Under the pieces are notes generated by a model, which searched no databases, was not told the DNA's origin, and worked only from the letters and a program-made list of their open reading frames with translations. Shown here in pieces: positions 53,953 to 64,000 of a DNA stretch of 64,000 nucleotides; the first letter of the stretch is position 1; every line of letters starts with the position of its first letter. Source of the stretch: Eledone cirrhosa (lineage: Eukaryota); the NCBI GenBank assembly GCA_964016885.1, contig OZ024740.1:359042001-359106000 (forward strand). Direction: 5' to 3'. The translations under genes were made by a program, and so were the position numbers.

Positions 53953-55079
53953 AATTCCATATATGGTCAAAGTGATTGTCAAAAATCAGTAGTAATTCTG
54001 TGGTTGCAAATTAGTAGGGGAGATGGTGGCTAAACCTGCCAGTAGGAGAAAGAGGGGAGGGGGTGGAGTAGACCCAATCAAGCGTTGGTAGTGCCAGCTA
54101 CAGCTGGGCATGAGGTCAAAGAAGATACAGGGGAGGGGGAGGGGGAGGAAGTCGGAACGGTAGGTAGAACAATGGGGGGTAGAAATATATAGGAAAGAAA
54201 AAAAAAAAAAAAAAAAAAGAAATACTGAGAGTGAAGAAAAGCAAATAAGTGTAAAGAAAAAAGTAAAGTAAATTAAATTCTACGACCTAGGTCTCAGGCT
54301 ATTGTTAGGCTAGAATAAAATAAAGAAAGAAAGAAAGAAGTAAAGAAATAAATAAATAAAGAAATAACGAAATAAGTAAAAGAACTAGGTGGGACGGATA
54401 AGGCAAGGACCCTTTTAAGAGGTATAAGTACGTAAATGATACGGTGACGGGTCAACAAAAGGGGCCAAAATACTAAAGAGACTACCACGAAATAAACAAT
54501 AAAGGTTTCCATCCCGGGCCAGCAACGACCCAGTGCAGCAAAGTGAACTTGTACGAGATAATAATTCTGAGTCCCTAGAAAAATATATACTAATGCTAAC
54601 TCTAAAAGATCTAAAACAAGCTACATGAAAGTTCGTACGAAATAAAGGTAGAATACGGAGAAATAAATTCAGAATCCACCCCGCCCAGAAGAAAAGCGAA
54701 GCAAGAAATACTGAAACGAAAAAAATATGGCATAAGTGCCACTAAGAAATATAGAGGGCACAGAGAATAGTGGGAGCGGTCGGAAAAAGGGGGCAAGTAT
54801 CCGGGGTCTAAGCCAACTGCTATAAAGGGCGGAGTCCGCCAAATCTATCATAGACTAGGGGAGGGGTGGTGGGGGTACTAAGGCTACATGGGGCCAAAGG
54901 GCAGCCTCGGGTGGGCGAGAAAAGACGCCGACAAAGGAGAAGAGCAGGGGTAGAAGGACTAAGGAGAGAGGGGGGGAATAAAGGAAGCGATAAAGGAATA
55001 CAAAGAAGATCTTACGTCTTCCTTGGCAAGCAGGGGTTACCCATTGCAAAATCGGCAAGTGGGGTGTTATAGCCCTAGT

Positions 55080-55736
55080 CTACCCCCCCCCCGGGTCATT
55101 ATGGGGTTTGAGGGCGAGGTAAGTCCTACGCAATCTATGTTTACATGCAGTGACCAGTTCATCTTTCTTGTTTAGGAGTTGGTCCGTCGAAAACAGCATT
55201 TGTAAAGTTTCCTCCGAGCATAAATTGCACGGACGGCGTCCTCCCGTGTAAGAATTGGCTCTGGACAGTAATCTCCAAGTGAGATCATAGGTGATGTTGT
55301 TGTCCTTGAGGTCCCATATGTGGCCCGAAAGTGTAGTGGCGTGACGCCGGGCCGGGTTTCGGAAGGTATGTCTATGTTGGTATAGCCGGGTCTTGAAGTC
55401 ACATGCGGTAAGTCCTATATAGGCTTTGTTGGAGGTATCCGTCCTCACGTTGCACTGGTAGATCACATTACGGTCTCTGCATCTATTGTCGAGTGGGCAA
55501 ATAGATCTATCCGGGCAGTTACACCTCCTGGTCGGTTCTCCATTGCTATTTAGGTTATTTCTGCCATCGGGGTTGAGTTTATTGTTGTTAGAGGAGACGA
55601 TGTTTTGTGCGAAGTTTGGTGTAGTGCTGTAAGAGAGTTTGATGGTATTTTTGTTAATTATGTTGTGGTAGCGGTGTTGTAATGGGAAGTGTTTTTCAAT
55701 GAGCCTAAAGAATAGTTTCCCGATGGGAGTTGTCAC
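55080..55736 (-). CDS. Penelope-like element C-terminus: linker plus GIY-YIG endonuclease (truncated)
   Basis: IGKLFF.LIEKHFP, IKLSYSTTPN, CNC..CPLDNRC, VIY..AYIGLT, FKTR, CNLCSEE, CKHR; homologous to the C-terminus of 8555-10456. Confidence 0.92.
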   Translation of the reverse strand: MTTPIGKLFFRLIEKHFPLQHRYHNIINKNTIKLSYSTTPNFAQNIVSSNNNKLNPDGRNNLNSNGEPTRRCNCPDRSICPLDNRCRDRNVIYQCNVRTDTSNKAYIGLTACDFKTRLYQHRHTFRNPARRHATTLSGHIWDLKDNNITYDLTWRLLSRANSYTGGRRPCNLCSEETLQMLFSTDQLLNKKDELVTACKHRLRRTYLALKPHNDPGGG

Positions 55737-56001
55737 CTCTGCGTTTTTTTTTTTTTCTTTCCTATATATTTCTACCCCCCATTGTTCTACCTACCGTTCC
55801 GACTTCCTCCCCCTCCCCCTCCCCTGTATCTTCTTTGACCTCATGCCCAGCTGTAGCTGGCACTACCAACGCTTGATTGGGTCTATTCCACCCCCTCCCC
55901 TCTTTCTCCTACTGGCAGGTTTAGCCACCATCTCCCCTACTAATTTGCAACCACAGAATTACTACTGATTTTTGACAATCACTTTGACCATATATGGAAT
56001 T

Positions 56002-56095
56002 ACCCCTTGAGAAGATCGGCTATTTAAATACCAGGATAAATTTTCATTTAGTCCAGAATTAGCCGTCGAAACGGCTTGAGCTCAGCTGTCGGGGT
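56002..56095 (+). ncRNA. Type I hammerhead ribozyme, U3-A8 core variant
   Basis: acccc-UUGAGAA-ga(u)cggcua...uagccguc-GAAACGGC-uugagcuca-GCUGUC^ggggu; predicted cleavage after 56090. Confidence 0.82.
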
Positions 56096-56186
56096 CTTAC
56101 TGGTTCCTATTACCCACTCTACTACCTCAAGTATTGAGTACTTTGGTGCGTTATGGTCCACCTGGTTCCTTACCACATTTCCTTCG

Positions 56187-56188
<2 letters not shown>

Positions 56189-56242
<54 letters not shown>

Positions 56243-56267
56243 GTATATATATATATGTATATATATG

Positions 56268-56324
<57 letters not shown>

Positions 56325-56503
56325 GTATATATATGTATATATATGTATATATATATATGTATATATATGTATATATATATATGTATATATATATATGTAT
56401 ATATATATATGTATATGTATATATATGTATATATATGTATATATATATATGTATATATATGTATATATATATATGTATATATATATATGTATATATATAT
56501 ATG

Positions 56504-56534
<31 letters not shown>

Positions 56535-56624
56535 GTATATATATATGTATATATATATATATGTATATATATATATGTATGTATATATATATATGTATAT
56601 ATATATGTATATATATATATATGT

Positions 56625-56665
<41 letters not shown>

Positions 56666-56741
56666 TATGTATATATATATGTATATATATATATGTATAT
56701 ATATATGTATATATATGTATATATATATGTATATATATATG

Positions 56742-56776
<35 letters not shown>

Positions 56777-56799
56777 GTATATATGTATATATTTATATG

Positions 56800-56834
<35 letters not shown>

Positions 56835-56982
56835 GTATATATGTATATATTTATATGTATATATATATATGTATATATATATATGTATATATATATGTAT
56901 ATATATATATGTATATATATATATGTATATATATGTATATATATGTATATATATGTATATATATGTATATATATATATATAT
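56189..56982. repeat. ~800-bp (TA)n tract punctuated by G
   Basis: Directly visible. Confidence 0.95.
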
Positions 56983-57030
56983 GAAATTTTAGTAAGTAAG
57001 TCAATTTTCATAATTCTCTTATTTTACGTC

Positions 57031-57092
<62 letters not shown>

Positions 57093-57131
57093 GACGTAAC
57101 ATAAGAGAATTATGAAAATTGACTTACTAAA

Positions 57132-57171
<40 letters not shown>

Positions 57172-57218
57172 TTTAGTAAGTAAGTCAATTTTCATAATTC
57201 TCTTATTTTACGTCTTTT
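56983..57218. repeat. ~50-bp unit in direct-inverted-direct order separated by (TA)n
   Basis: 56983-57034 (+), 57089-57136 (-), 57167-57218 (+). Confidence 0.85.
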
Positions 57219-57227
57219 ATATATATA

Positions 57228-57542
57228 TAAAATATGTAGTTTAGAAAGCCACAACAATGCAGATGGGAAATCTCGAGGTAAGAACTGAGTGAGAAATAGG
57301 GGAAAAGTGAAAATGAAAATGAAAACAAAACAAAGGTAGAAGGGTTACCGTAGTGGAGATTTAATTCCAATATTTTGGGCTCACGCCCATCAACGGGGGA
57401 AAGTTCCGAAAGGGGGGGAACAGGCTAAGCCGGAGAAAGTTGTAGTGTCGTTAAAACTTAGATTTCCCATCTGCATTGTTGTGGCTTTCTAAACTACATA
57501 TTTTACACATTTCACAATGCTTCAAGCAAACTTTAACACCCT

Positions 57543-57545
<3 letters not shown>
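57228..57545. mobile_element. Foldback element E: 46-bp arms, ~186-nt spacer, ~40-nt tail, in (TA)n
   Basis: 57228-57273 versus 57460-57505 inverted. Confidence 0.8.
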
Positions 57546-57576
<31 letters not shown>

Positions 57577-58411
57577 TATTTCGATATCCAATGATTTCAA
57601 TCTCGTTGCTTACAATTTACTCAACAAATTCTTTAGGGCACATGCATGGTATCAATTATATGGCAACATTCCCAGCCAGATGCCTAATCCATGAAAATAT
57701 ATTGTAATTATTGTATCGACAGATTAACAAATGCAAACTTTAAAGTACTTCCAATTTCATCAACTGAAACGGCCAGTATATATATAACTCTGCTAGAATA
57801 CAAATATCCAAGTGTATGCTATACTGTTTTAAATTCTGTGAAGAATTTGCTGATCATTGATTAATAATAAACCTATAATCAACAATTCCTGGATGAAGGA
57901 AAATTCTCATCAAACCAGCAAGTCCTTTGAGGGGTTTCCACATATCGACCTTACTACTAAATGTTCAGGTCGATGCTGGAATCCCACGTGTAGCATTATC
58001 TGCTTGGTGGTAATGCTGAATGTAGCAGCATGACTTCACCAATGTGGAACACTCGACCATCATTTTTCTTTCTTTTTTTCGATTTTATTTGTTTTCTTTG
58101 GAAATTGTCTTTTGTTTTTGTTTGATTTATTTTTATATTTGCTATCCAAGGTGGAAAATAAATAGCGGAGGCATAATGTTACAAGATAACCTTCTAATAA
58201 TATAAGTATGTATACGTACATACATATATGTATACAGACGTACAGTAGTATATATATATATATACATACATGCACACATATATATATGTACGTATGGATT
58301 CACCGAACATTTATTATAATGCTCGCTGTGTTTGTAAACAAACATCCCGAATTAAGCCATACAGTGTCTAGCAACCATCGTTGCTCATTTGTTCAACACT
58401 GACAAAGGAAT

Positions 58412-58450
58412 GCTGTACTAGTTTCAAGCTTATTAGCTATCGTCAGCAAT
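58412..58450 (-). ncRNA. Minimal type I hammerhead ribozyme
   Basis: uug-CUGACGA-uagcuaauaagcuu-GAAAC-UA-GUA^cag. Confidence 0.8.
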
Positions 58451-58839
58451 GTATACCTTCCTGCCAGATGGTTGAACGTCTGAAAGTATAAACTTTCCTT
58501 ATGCATATTAACGGCTGAGCAGCCTAACTTGCATATCGAGTGAGTTAATCGGCCGGGGTACCGAAAACGATAAACGGAAAAAATGAAACGAAATTTCATT
58601 TCTCACTCTTAGTACGGCTGTTACTTAAATATAAGTATGTATACGTACATACATATATGTATACAGACGTACAGTAGTATGTATATATATATATATACAT
58701 GCACACATATATATATGTACGTATGGATTCAACGGACATTTATTATAATGCTCGGTGTGTTTGTAAACAAACATCCCGAATTAAGCCGTACAGTGTCTAG
58801 CAACCATCGTTGCTCATTTGTTCAACACTGACAAAGGAA

Positions 58840-58880
58840 CGCTGTACTAGTTTCAAGCTTATTAGCTATCGTCAGCAACG
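58840..58880 (-). ncRNA. Minimal type I hammerhead ribozyme
   Basis: cguug-CUGACGA-uagcuaauaagcuu-GAAAC-UA-GUA^cagcg. Confidence 0.85.
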
Positions 58881-58961
58881 TATACCTTCCTGCCAGATGG
58901 TTGAACCTCTGAAAGTATAAACTTTCAGATTCACCGAACATTTATTATAATGCTCGGTGTG

Positions 58962-59116
58962 TTTGTACAAACATTCATAGTTTGAACAAACATTCATAGT
59001 TTGAACAAACATTCATAGTTTGTACAAACATTCATACTTTGTACAAACATTCATAGTTTGTACAAACATTCATAGTTTGTACAAACATTCATAGTTTGTA
59101 CAAATATTCATAGTTT
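58962..59116. repeat. 19-bp minisatellite, about eight copies
   Basis: tttgtacaaacattcatag repeated without spacers. Confidence 0.92.
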
Positions 59117-59138
59117 CTAAACACAATAAATCGAATTG

Positions 59139-59298
59139 AAATATATTTACATTAGACTTACCATTATATTAGAAAACATGAAATATATTTACATTAGACT
59201 TACCATTATATTAGAAAACATGAAATATATATAACAATGTTTAAGTTCTTACAGAGATGTTATAAAGGCTATAATAATTATTAATTAATCAATTATAT
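59139..59298. repeat. 42-bp tandem repeat plus segment duplicated at ~60874-60988
   Basis: atatatttacattagacttaccattatattagaaaacatgaa twice here and again right of the mariner. Confidence 0.8.
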
Positions 59299-59607
59299 TT
59301 AATTATATGTAAAAGGAATGTATTAATATAAATAGTGTATTATTTACGTATTTCAAAATATTAAACCAAGGGAGGTAATTCAAGGGATTTTACGGTGTTA
59401 GAGTTACAAAGTAAACTCTTAACTTTGGGTTATCTAAATATTATTGGTAAGTAACTATAATTGAATTAATATGCGTTGATCATAAATACTTATCTAAAGA
59501 ATATTTATCTTATATATGGCAATGAGGAATATGTGTGTGAAATTAATAAATTATATGTAAATGGTAAAATGTAAGTTATTAAAGTCAAACCTAAAGGAGG
59601 TTAGATG

Positions 59608-59707
<100 letters not shown>

Positions 59708-59962
59708 TAAAAAATTATTATATAAAATATATATTTTCACTAGCCATGACAGTTGGCAGGTGAACAGTAAACTGTACTGATGAAGGGTAATACCCAGAAA
59801 CATTAGTGTCTGCACTTCTGTTTACATGCCAACACAAGAGCAAGAATGAGGAGCTCATTCTACTGACATGGCTTTAAAATTGAGACTTGTTTACATAATT
59901 GCAAACGAATCGAATATTATTAGTAATATTCGAAAATCTCAGATTACAATTATATATATATA

Positions 59963-60871
59963 TACGAGGTGGGTAAGAAAAGTTCCAGGACTGATGTCAC
60001 AAAAGGTTTTTTTCAAACCCAAACTTCACACTAAGAGTTTTCTCCTTCAAAGTAACCCCCCCCCCCCGGAGTCTAATGCACTTTTCCATCCTTTTCTGCC
60101 ACGCTTGCATGCACTCCTTGAAGGGTTCTTCCGGGATCCTCCGCAGTTCCGTCGTCACGGCCTTTTTGATGTCGTCCACGTCGTCAAAACGGGTCCCCTC
60201 CGGATGCTACTCGAAGATCCGTGACTCATCACCGGTGATGACTGTCCCTAGCAAGTCTGGTTCCGTTTCAAGACGCTCGAGGATGTCCTGGCACACATGC
60301 ATGCGTCGACCTTTCTGGTCATCGTTCAGCAGTTTTGGCACCATCTTCGCGCAGACTTTCCGCATGTCCAAATCTCCAGGGAGAATCTTCCAGACGCTGT
60401 CCCGATTCATGCCCAGCTCATTTGCCATCAGTCGAACAGTCAGCCGACGATCGCTACGCACCATCTGTCTGACGCGCTCAACGTTGACCTCAGTCCTGGT
60501 TGTTAAGGACTTTCCACTCCTTTGGTCAACTTCCACGTCCTCGCGTCCTTCTTTGAACCTCTTGCACCCCTCAAAAACACACACGTGAGCGTGACATCGT
60601 CTCATCTCCATACACTTGCTGCAGCAATCCCAGTGCTTCTGACCGAGTTTTCAAGTTTGTTCGTTGTTCTGTGCTCATTGTTTGACGACCTGAAACAGAG
60701 GACATGTATATAAAATTATGAAGAAAAAAGTTTGATCGCTGCAGAGAGCTAATATTACAGTTACATACTCCAGGGGGATTACTTTGAAGGAGAAAACTCT
60801 TAGTGTGAAGTTTGGGTTTGAAATAAATCTTTTGTGATATCAGTCCTGGAACTTTTCTGACCCACCTCGTA
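59963..60871 (-). mobile_element. Non-autonomous mariner with ~100-bp inverted ends and internally deleted transposase
   Basis: TACGAGG...CCTCGTA in TA context; RFKEGREDVE.DQRSG, MRKVCAKMVPKLL, ITGDES, then a jump to the C-terminal W.KRMEKCI..G.YFEG. Confidence 0.92.
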
Positions 60872-61052
60872 TATATATTTACATTAGACTTACCATTATA
60901 TTAGAAAACATGAAATATATATAACAATGTTTAAGTTGTTACAGAGAAGTTATAAAGGCTATAATAATTATTAATTAATCAATTATATATATATATATAT
61001 ACATATATATATTTAAAGGATATATCTTTTTCATATATCAAGTTAAGAAACA

Positions 61053-61160
61053 TGCTACTGTACGTCTGTATACATATATGTATGTACGTATACACACATA
61101 CTTACATTTAAGTAAGTGCCGTACTAAGAGTGAGAAATGAAATTTCGTTTCAATTTTATT
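61053..61160 (+). mobile_element. Fragment of the HHR-repeat unit flanked by a 15-bp direct repeat
   Basis: Matches ~12690-12788; tcaagttaagaaaca at 61038-61052 and 61161-61175. Confidence 0.8.
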
Positions 61161-61945
61161 TCAAGTTAAGAAACAAAAACTAGAATTATCTACATACTTA
61201 AATATGCATGTGTATAAGTTTAAGAGTGTGTGTGTTTTTTGGTACGTACTCAACTGTAAATGTAAGTATTGAGGTGTGTGCGTGTTTGCTGTTCGTCTAT
61301 ACAAAGTTGTAAGAGTGTGGGTTTCTGATCGTAACAGAGCCAATAGGAAACTTGGAGGTGAGTGAGCGCGTGCATGTGTGACAGCAAACGATGTAGGAGC
61401 TAGGGGTATAGAGGTAACCGCGGGATATGTGTGCACGAGTAAATAAAGATTAAGGGAATTGGGGAAGGTATTTGTGATAGAGACATACCCAGGAAAATCA
61501 TACCTTATCAGTTGAATAGTCATTGTAATTAATAAAGATTTAAGAATTAAGAAATTAAGAAAATTAAAAAATCAAAAGATTTTGGAAATTTTTTTTTTTA
61601 AATTATATATTTTAAAAGAATATATATTTATATATATGACGAACCCGAATAATTCCACATTGTGGAAAAAGCTTAGCGAACATTCTACCAGATCTTCTGA
61701 AACATCATATTAATGTTCAAAGAAAATGAATCAATAAATAGGCGTAAGGCAAAACATAGAGGGATGATGATTCAGGAATGGAATACTACAAAAATGGAGG
61801 AATAAATACATATAGAAGTAGAGGGAAAATGTATAAGATTATCTACGTGTTGGATTGTTGTTTGTGTTTTGCTCTTTTACTGATTCAATTGCTGTTCTGT
61901 GTACTAAATAAAGAAACACAACTCGACATATCAATTTACAATAAT

Positions 61946-62127
61946 TGTTTCTACTTTTGGCACAAGGCCAGCAAATATCCTGTACATTACTGGTACTTTT
62001 ATTTTATCGACCTCGTAAGGATGAAAGGCAAAGTTGACCTCGGCGGGATTTGAGCTCAGAATGGAAAGGGCCGTAACTGTTTGCGTCAAAGCATGTGTTC
62101 CGACCTTCTACCGATACTGCCAATCCA
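61946..62127 (-). mobile_element. tRNA-derived SINE
   Basis: Same family, nearly full length. Confidence 0.9.
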
Positions 62128-64000
62128 AAAGAATAAATGCAATCACGGAGCTTGGTGTAGAATAAAGGCGTATATGAACCCATATAGTCTCGCTCTAAAT
62201 ATTTAAGTTTTGATCATGCTATCGTTAATTACATCTAGCTGATCCAGCAAATAAACATCAACAGGATTGTATGTTTACAAAATCATGCAAGAACATATCT
62301 CAGCATCTTGCAATAAGTTATCGGGAACTGACGAAATGTAATGAGACTAAATATTTGTTTTTTACACGCAAACAAATTGTATATGGATTCATATAAACTC
62401 TTATTCTGAATCACTCTGTGTTAGTTATCACTAATCACGAGCATAAATATGTGTGCATATGTGTGCCTGTGTTACATGACGATATAACATTGAAGTGTAA
62501 TGAAATATAAATGGATAGTGTATGTATTTCCTGATACTTTCCTATGCCAACTTTTCTATTATCTGTTACAGATTTGTTTCTGAATAACGTAGCATGAGAT
62601 ACTGGTTAATTCTTTATCTAAAGCTGTCGTTAGAATGTGTTAGTAATCTAGATGGTAATCTATTTCTATATCAATGAGACTTTCTTTTATAGAATATATT
62701 AATAGCATGCTGCAAATAAACCCATGAATCATCGACATTTTATGATTTTGAACGAAGCCATTTATTTCCACTGAATCGAGAAATGTGTTACTCACTGTTT
62801 CATAGATGTGTGTAGTCCAATTAATCAATCCCACAATCGTGTTAATGAAGGATCTTATGTCGATATATTGACGGTGGTTTTTGCTAGACAGTTGATGTTT
62901 TCCCCGTCTTTTTTATTCTTTAAAATGTTTATATTCAACATGTTACAGCCCTAAGTGAATAATTTATTGAATATAGACATTTATCAATAAAAGCGGAAGA
63001 TTGTTAGTAAATGAATTATTTCAATGTAGTTAGTTTAGTGTATAAAAAATAACATTGATTAACTATGTTGTATTTTTAGTGAGCAATAGAACGTGTAAAT
63101 GGCGATCACTTGCTTTATATACGTGTCGTCATAATTGCCTGACACCAAGTCATAAGATATCTTCTTGCAAAATAGGCCCATCATCCTACAAATCTGATCA
63201 CTTTATAAGGCATAAGGCTAGTTATATCAGCAACATTCAAAGTCTCAGAATATTAAGACAAGGCCCATCTAGTACGGCGTTTGGATTTAATTGATATTAA
63301 TATATTTTCTTTCGACAACGCACGAGGAAAATGTTATGACACAGGATGAACTATTTTTTCTAGTTTATTAAAAGTACTTATTAATTGCAGTAAGGTTAGA
63401 ACAGGGAAATTTATCGAGATGACAAAAAAGAAAAATTCAGTGTCATTAGTTATTCTAGGATTTCGAGATCGCATATAATCCACGTACATTCTTACTGGGA
63501 ATCATTGTGTGGTCCTATGTTCTCTTTCATACGTGTAATCTTTTAAGAACCTTTGAATATCAAAATTATGAAAGATGGTGAATGGAAGGAAGCGATGAGA
63601 AAAGAGAAATCTCTTCATCAGCATCAGTATTTTTGCTATCATCATAATTATCATGATTATGATCTTGATCAGAATAAATAAAATTCTATTGAGCGAAAAT
63701 ATAAAAGCGTTTTTTTTTTTGTCTTAATATTCTGAGAGTTTGAATATTGTAGAGTTGATTAAATTGAAATATTTGTATTGATATTTTATCGATTTTTATC
63801 AATTTAAGTTAAATGCATAGTAAACTCGATTACAAATGAGTTCGGTCATGGAAAAAAACACTGTGGTAAAATGAATATGATTAAGCACTAAGACAGAGTT
63901 AATATCATAATCACAATATCCATTTTTTTAAGAATGTAAATCATGATAGCTATACATGCAGGGTGTGAATAACCGATCTTGATCTACATCGTCTAATCAA

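Larger units (their letters stand above)
53847..56188 (-). mobile_element. 5'-truncated Penelope-like (Naiad-type) element with inverted terminal repeat and tail, in (TA)n
   Basis: 53847-~54210 is inverted at ~55744-56107; tail 56108-56188; GIY-YIG ORF inside. Confidence 0.92.
58200..58967 (-). mobile_element. Tandem array of the 429-nt HHR-containing unit (retrozyme-like), locus 2
   Basis: About 1.7 head-to-tail units; HHRs 429 nt apart. Confidence 0.87.

Noticed and set aside
56048-57090. Long YI/CV/HT-rich ORFs here and at 10678-11223, 22526-23180, 29153-29556, 33762-34593 and 53539-53906
   Set aside because: Translations of microsatellites that lack stop codons.
57346-57398. Minus-strand HHR in foldback E (uugau-gggc-guga-gccc-aaaa)
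   Set aside because: Needs several changes in both core boxes; at most a decayed relic.
58962-59116. CRISPR-like regular repeat
   Set aside because: No spacers, no cas genes, eukaryotic context; a minisatellite.

Overview
AT-rich, microsatellite-dense eukaryotic DNA, probably from an octopus or another cephalopod (inferred from the SINE family and repeat landscape, not checked against a database). The only host gene I can support is a plus-strand leucine-rich-repeat gene, seen as three phase-2 exons (15150-15293, 28625-28696, 31068-31139). The rest is intronic or intergenic and full of mobile DNA: two Penelope-like elements of the Naiad type (RT and/or GIY-YIG), about 11 copies of a tRNA-derived SINE, R4/Dong-type, Tx1/L1-type, RTE, CR1 and Ingi-type LINE remnants, and a rearranged mariner. 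The main signal is a dense set of hammerhead ribozyme (HHR) motifs, nearly all in modules inserted in (TA)n tracts. These include a 429-440 nt non-coding tandem repeat with one minimal HHR per unit at two loci (candidate retrozyme/circRNA), several foldback elements with a consistent long-arm/short-arm-plus-tail layout, a tail motif (TATTGAGTAC) shared by unrelated elements, and HHR core variants (U3-A8 covariation; U.U or A.A closing stem II). All RNA structures were folded by eye and no activity has been tested.
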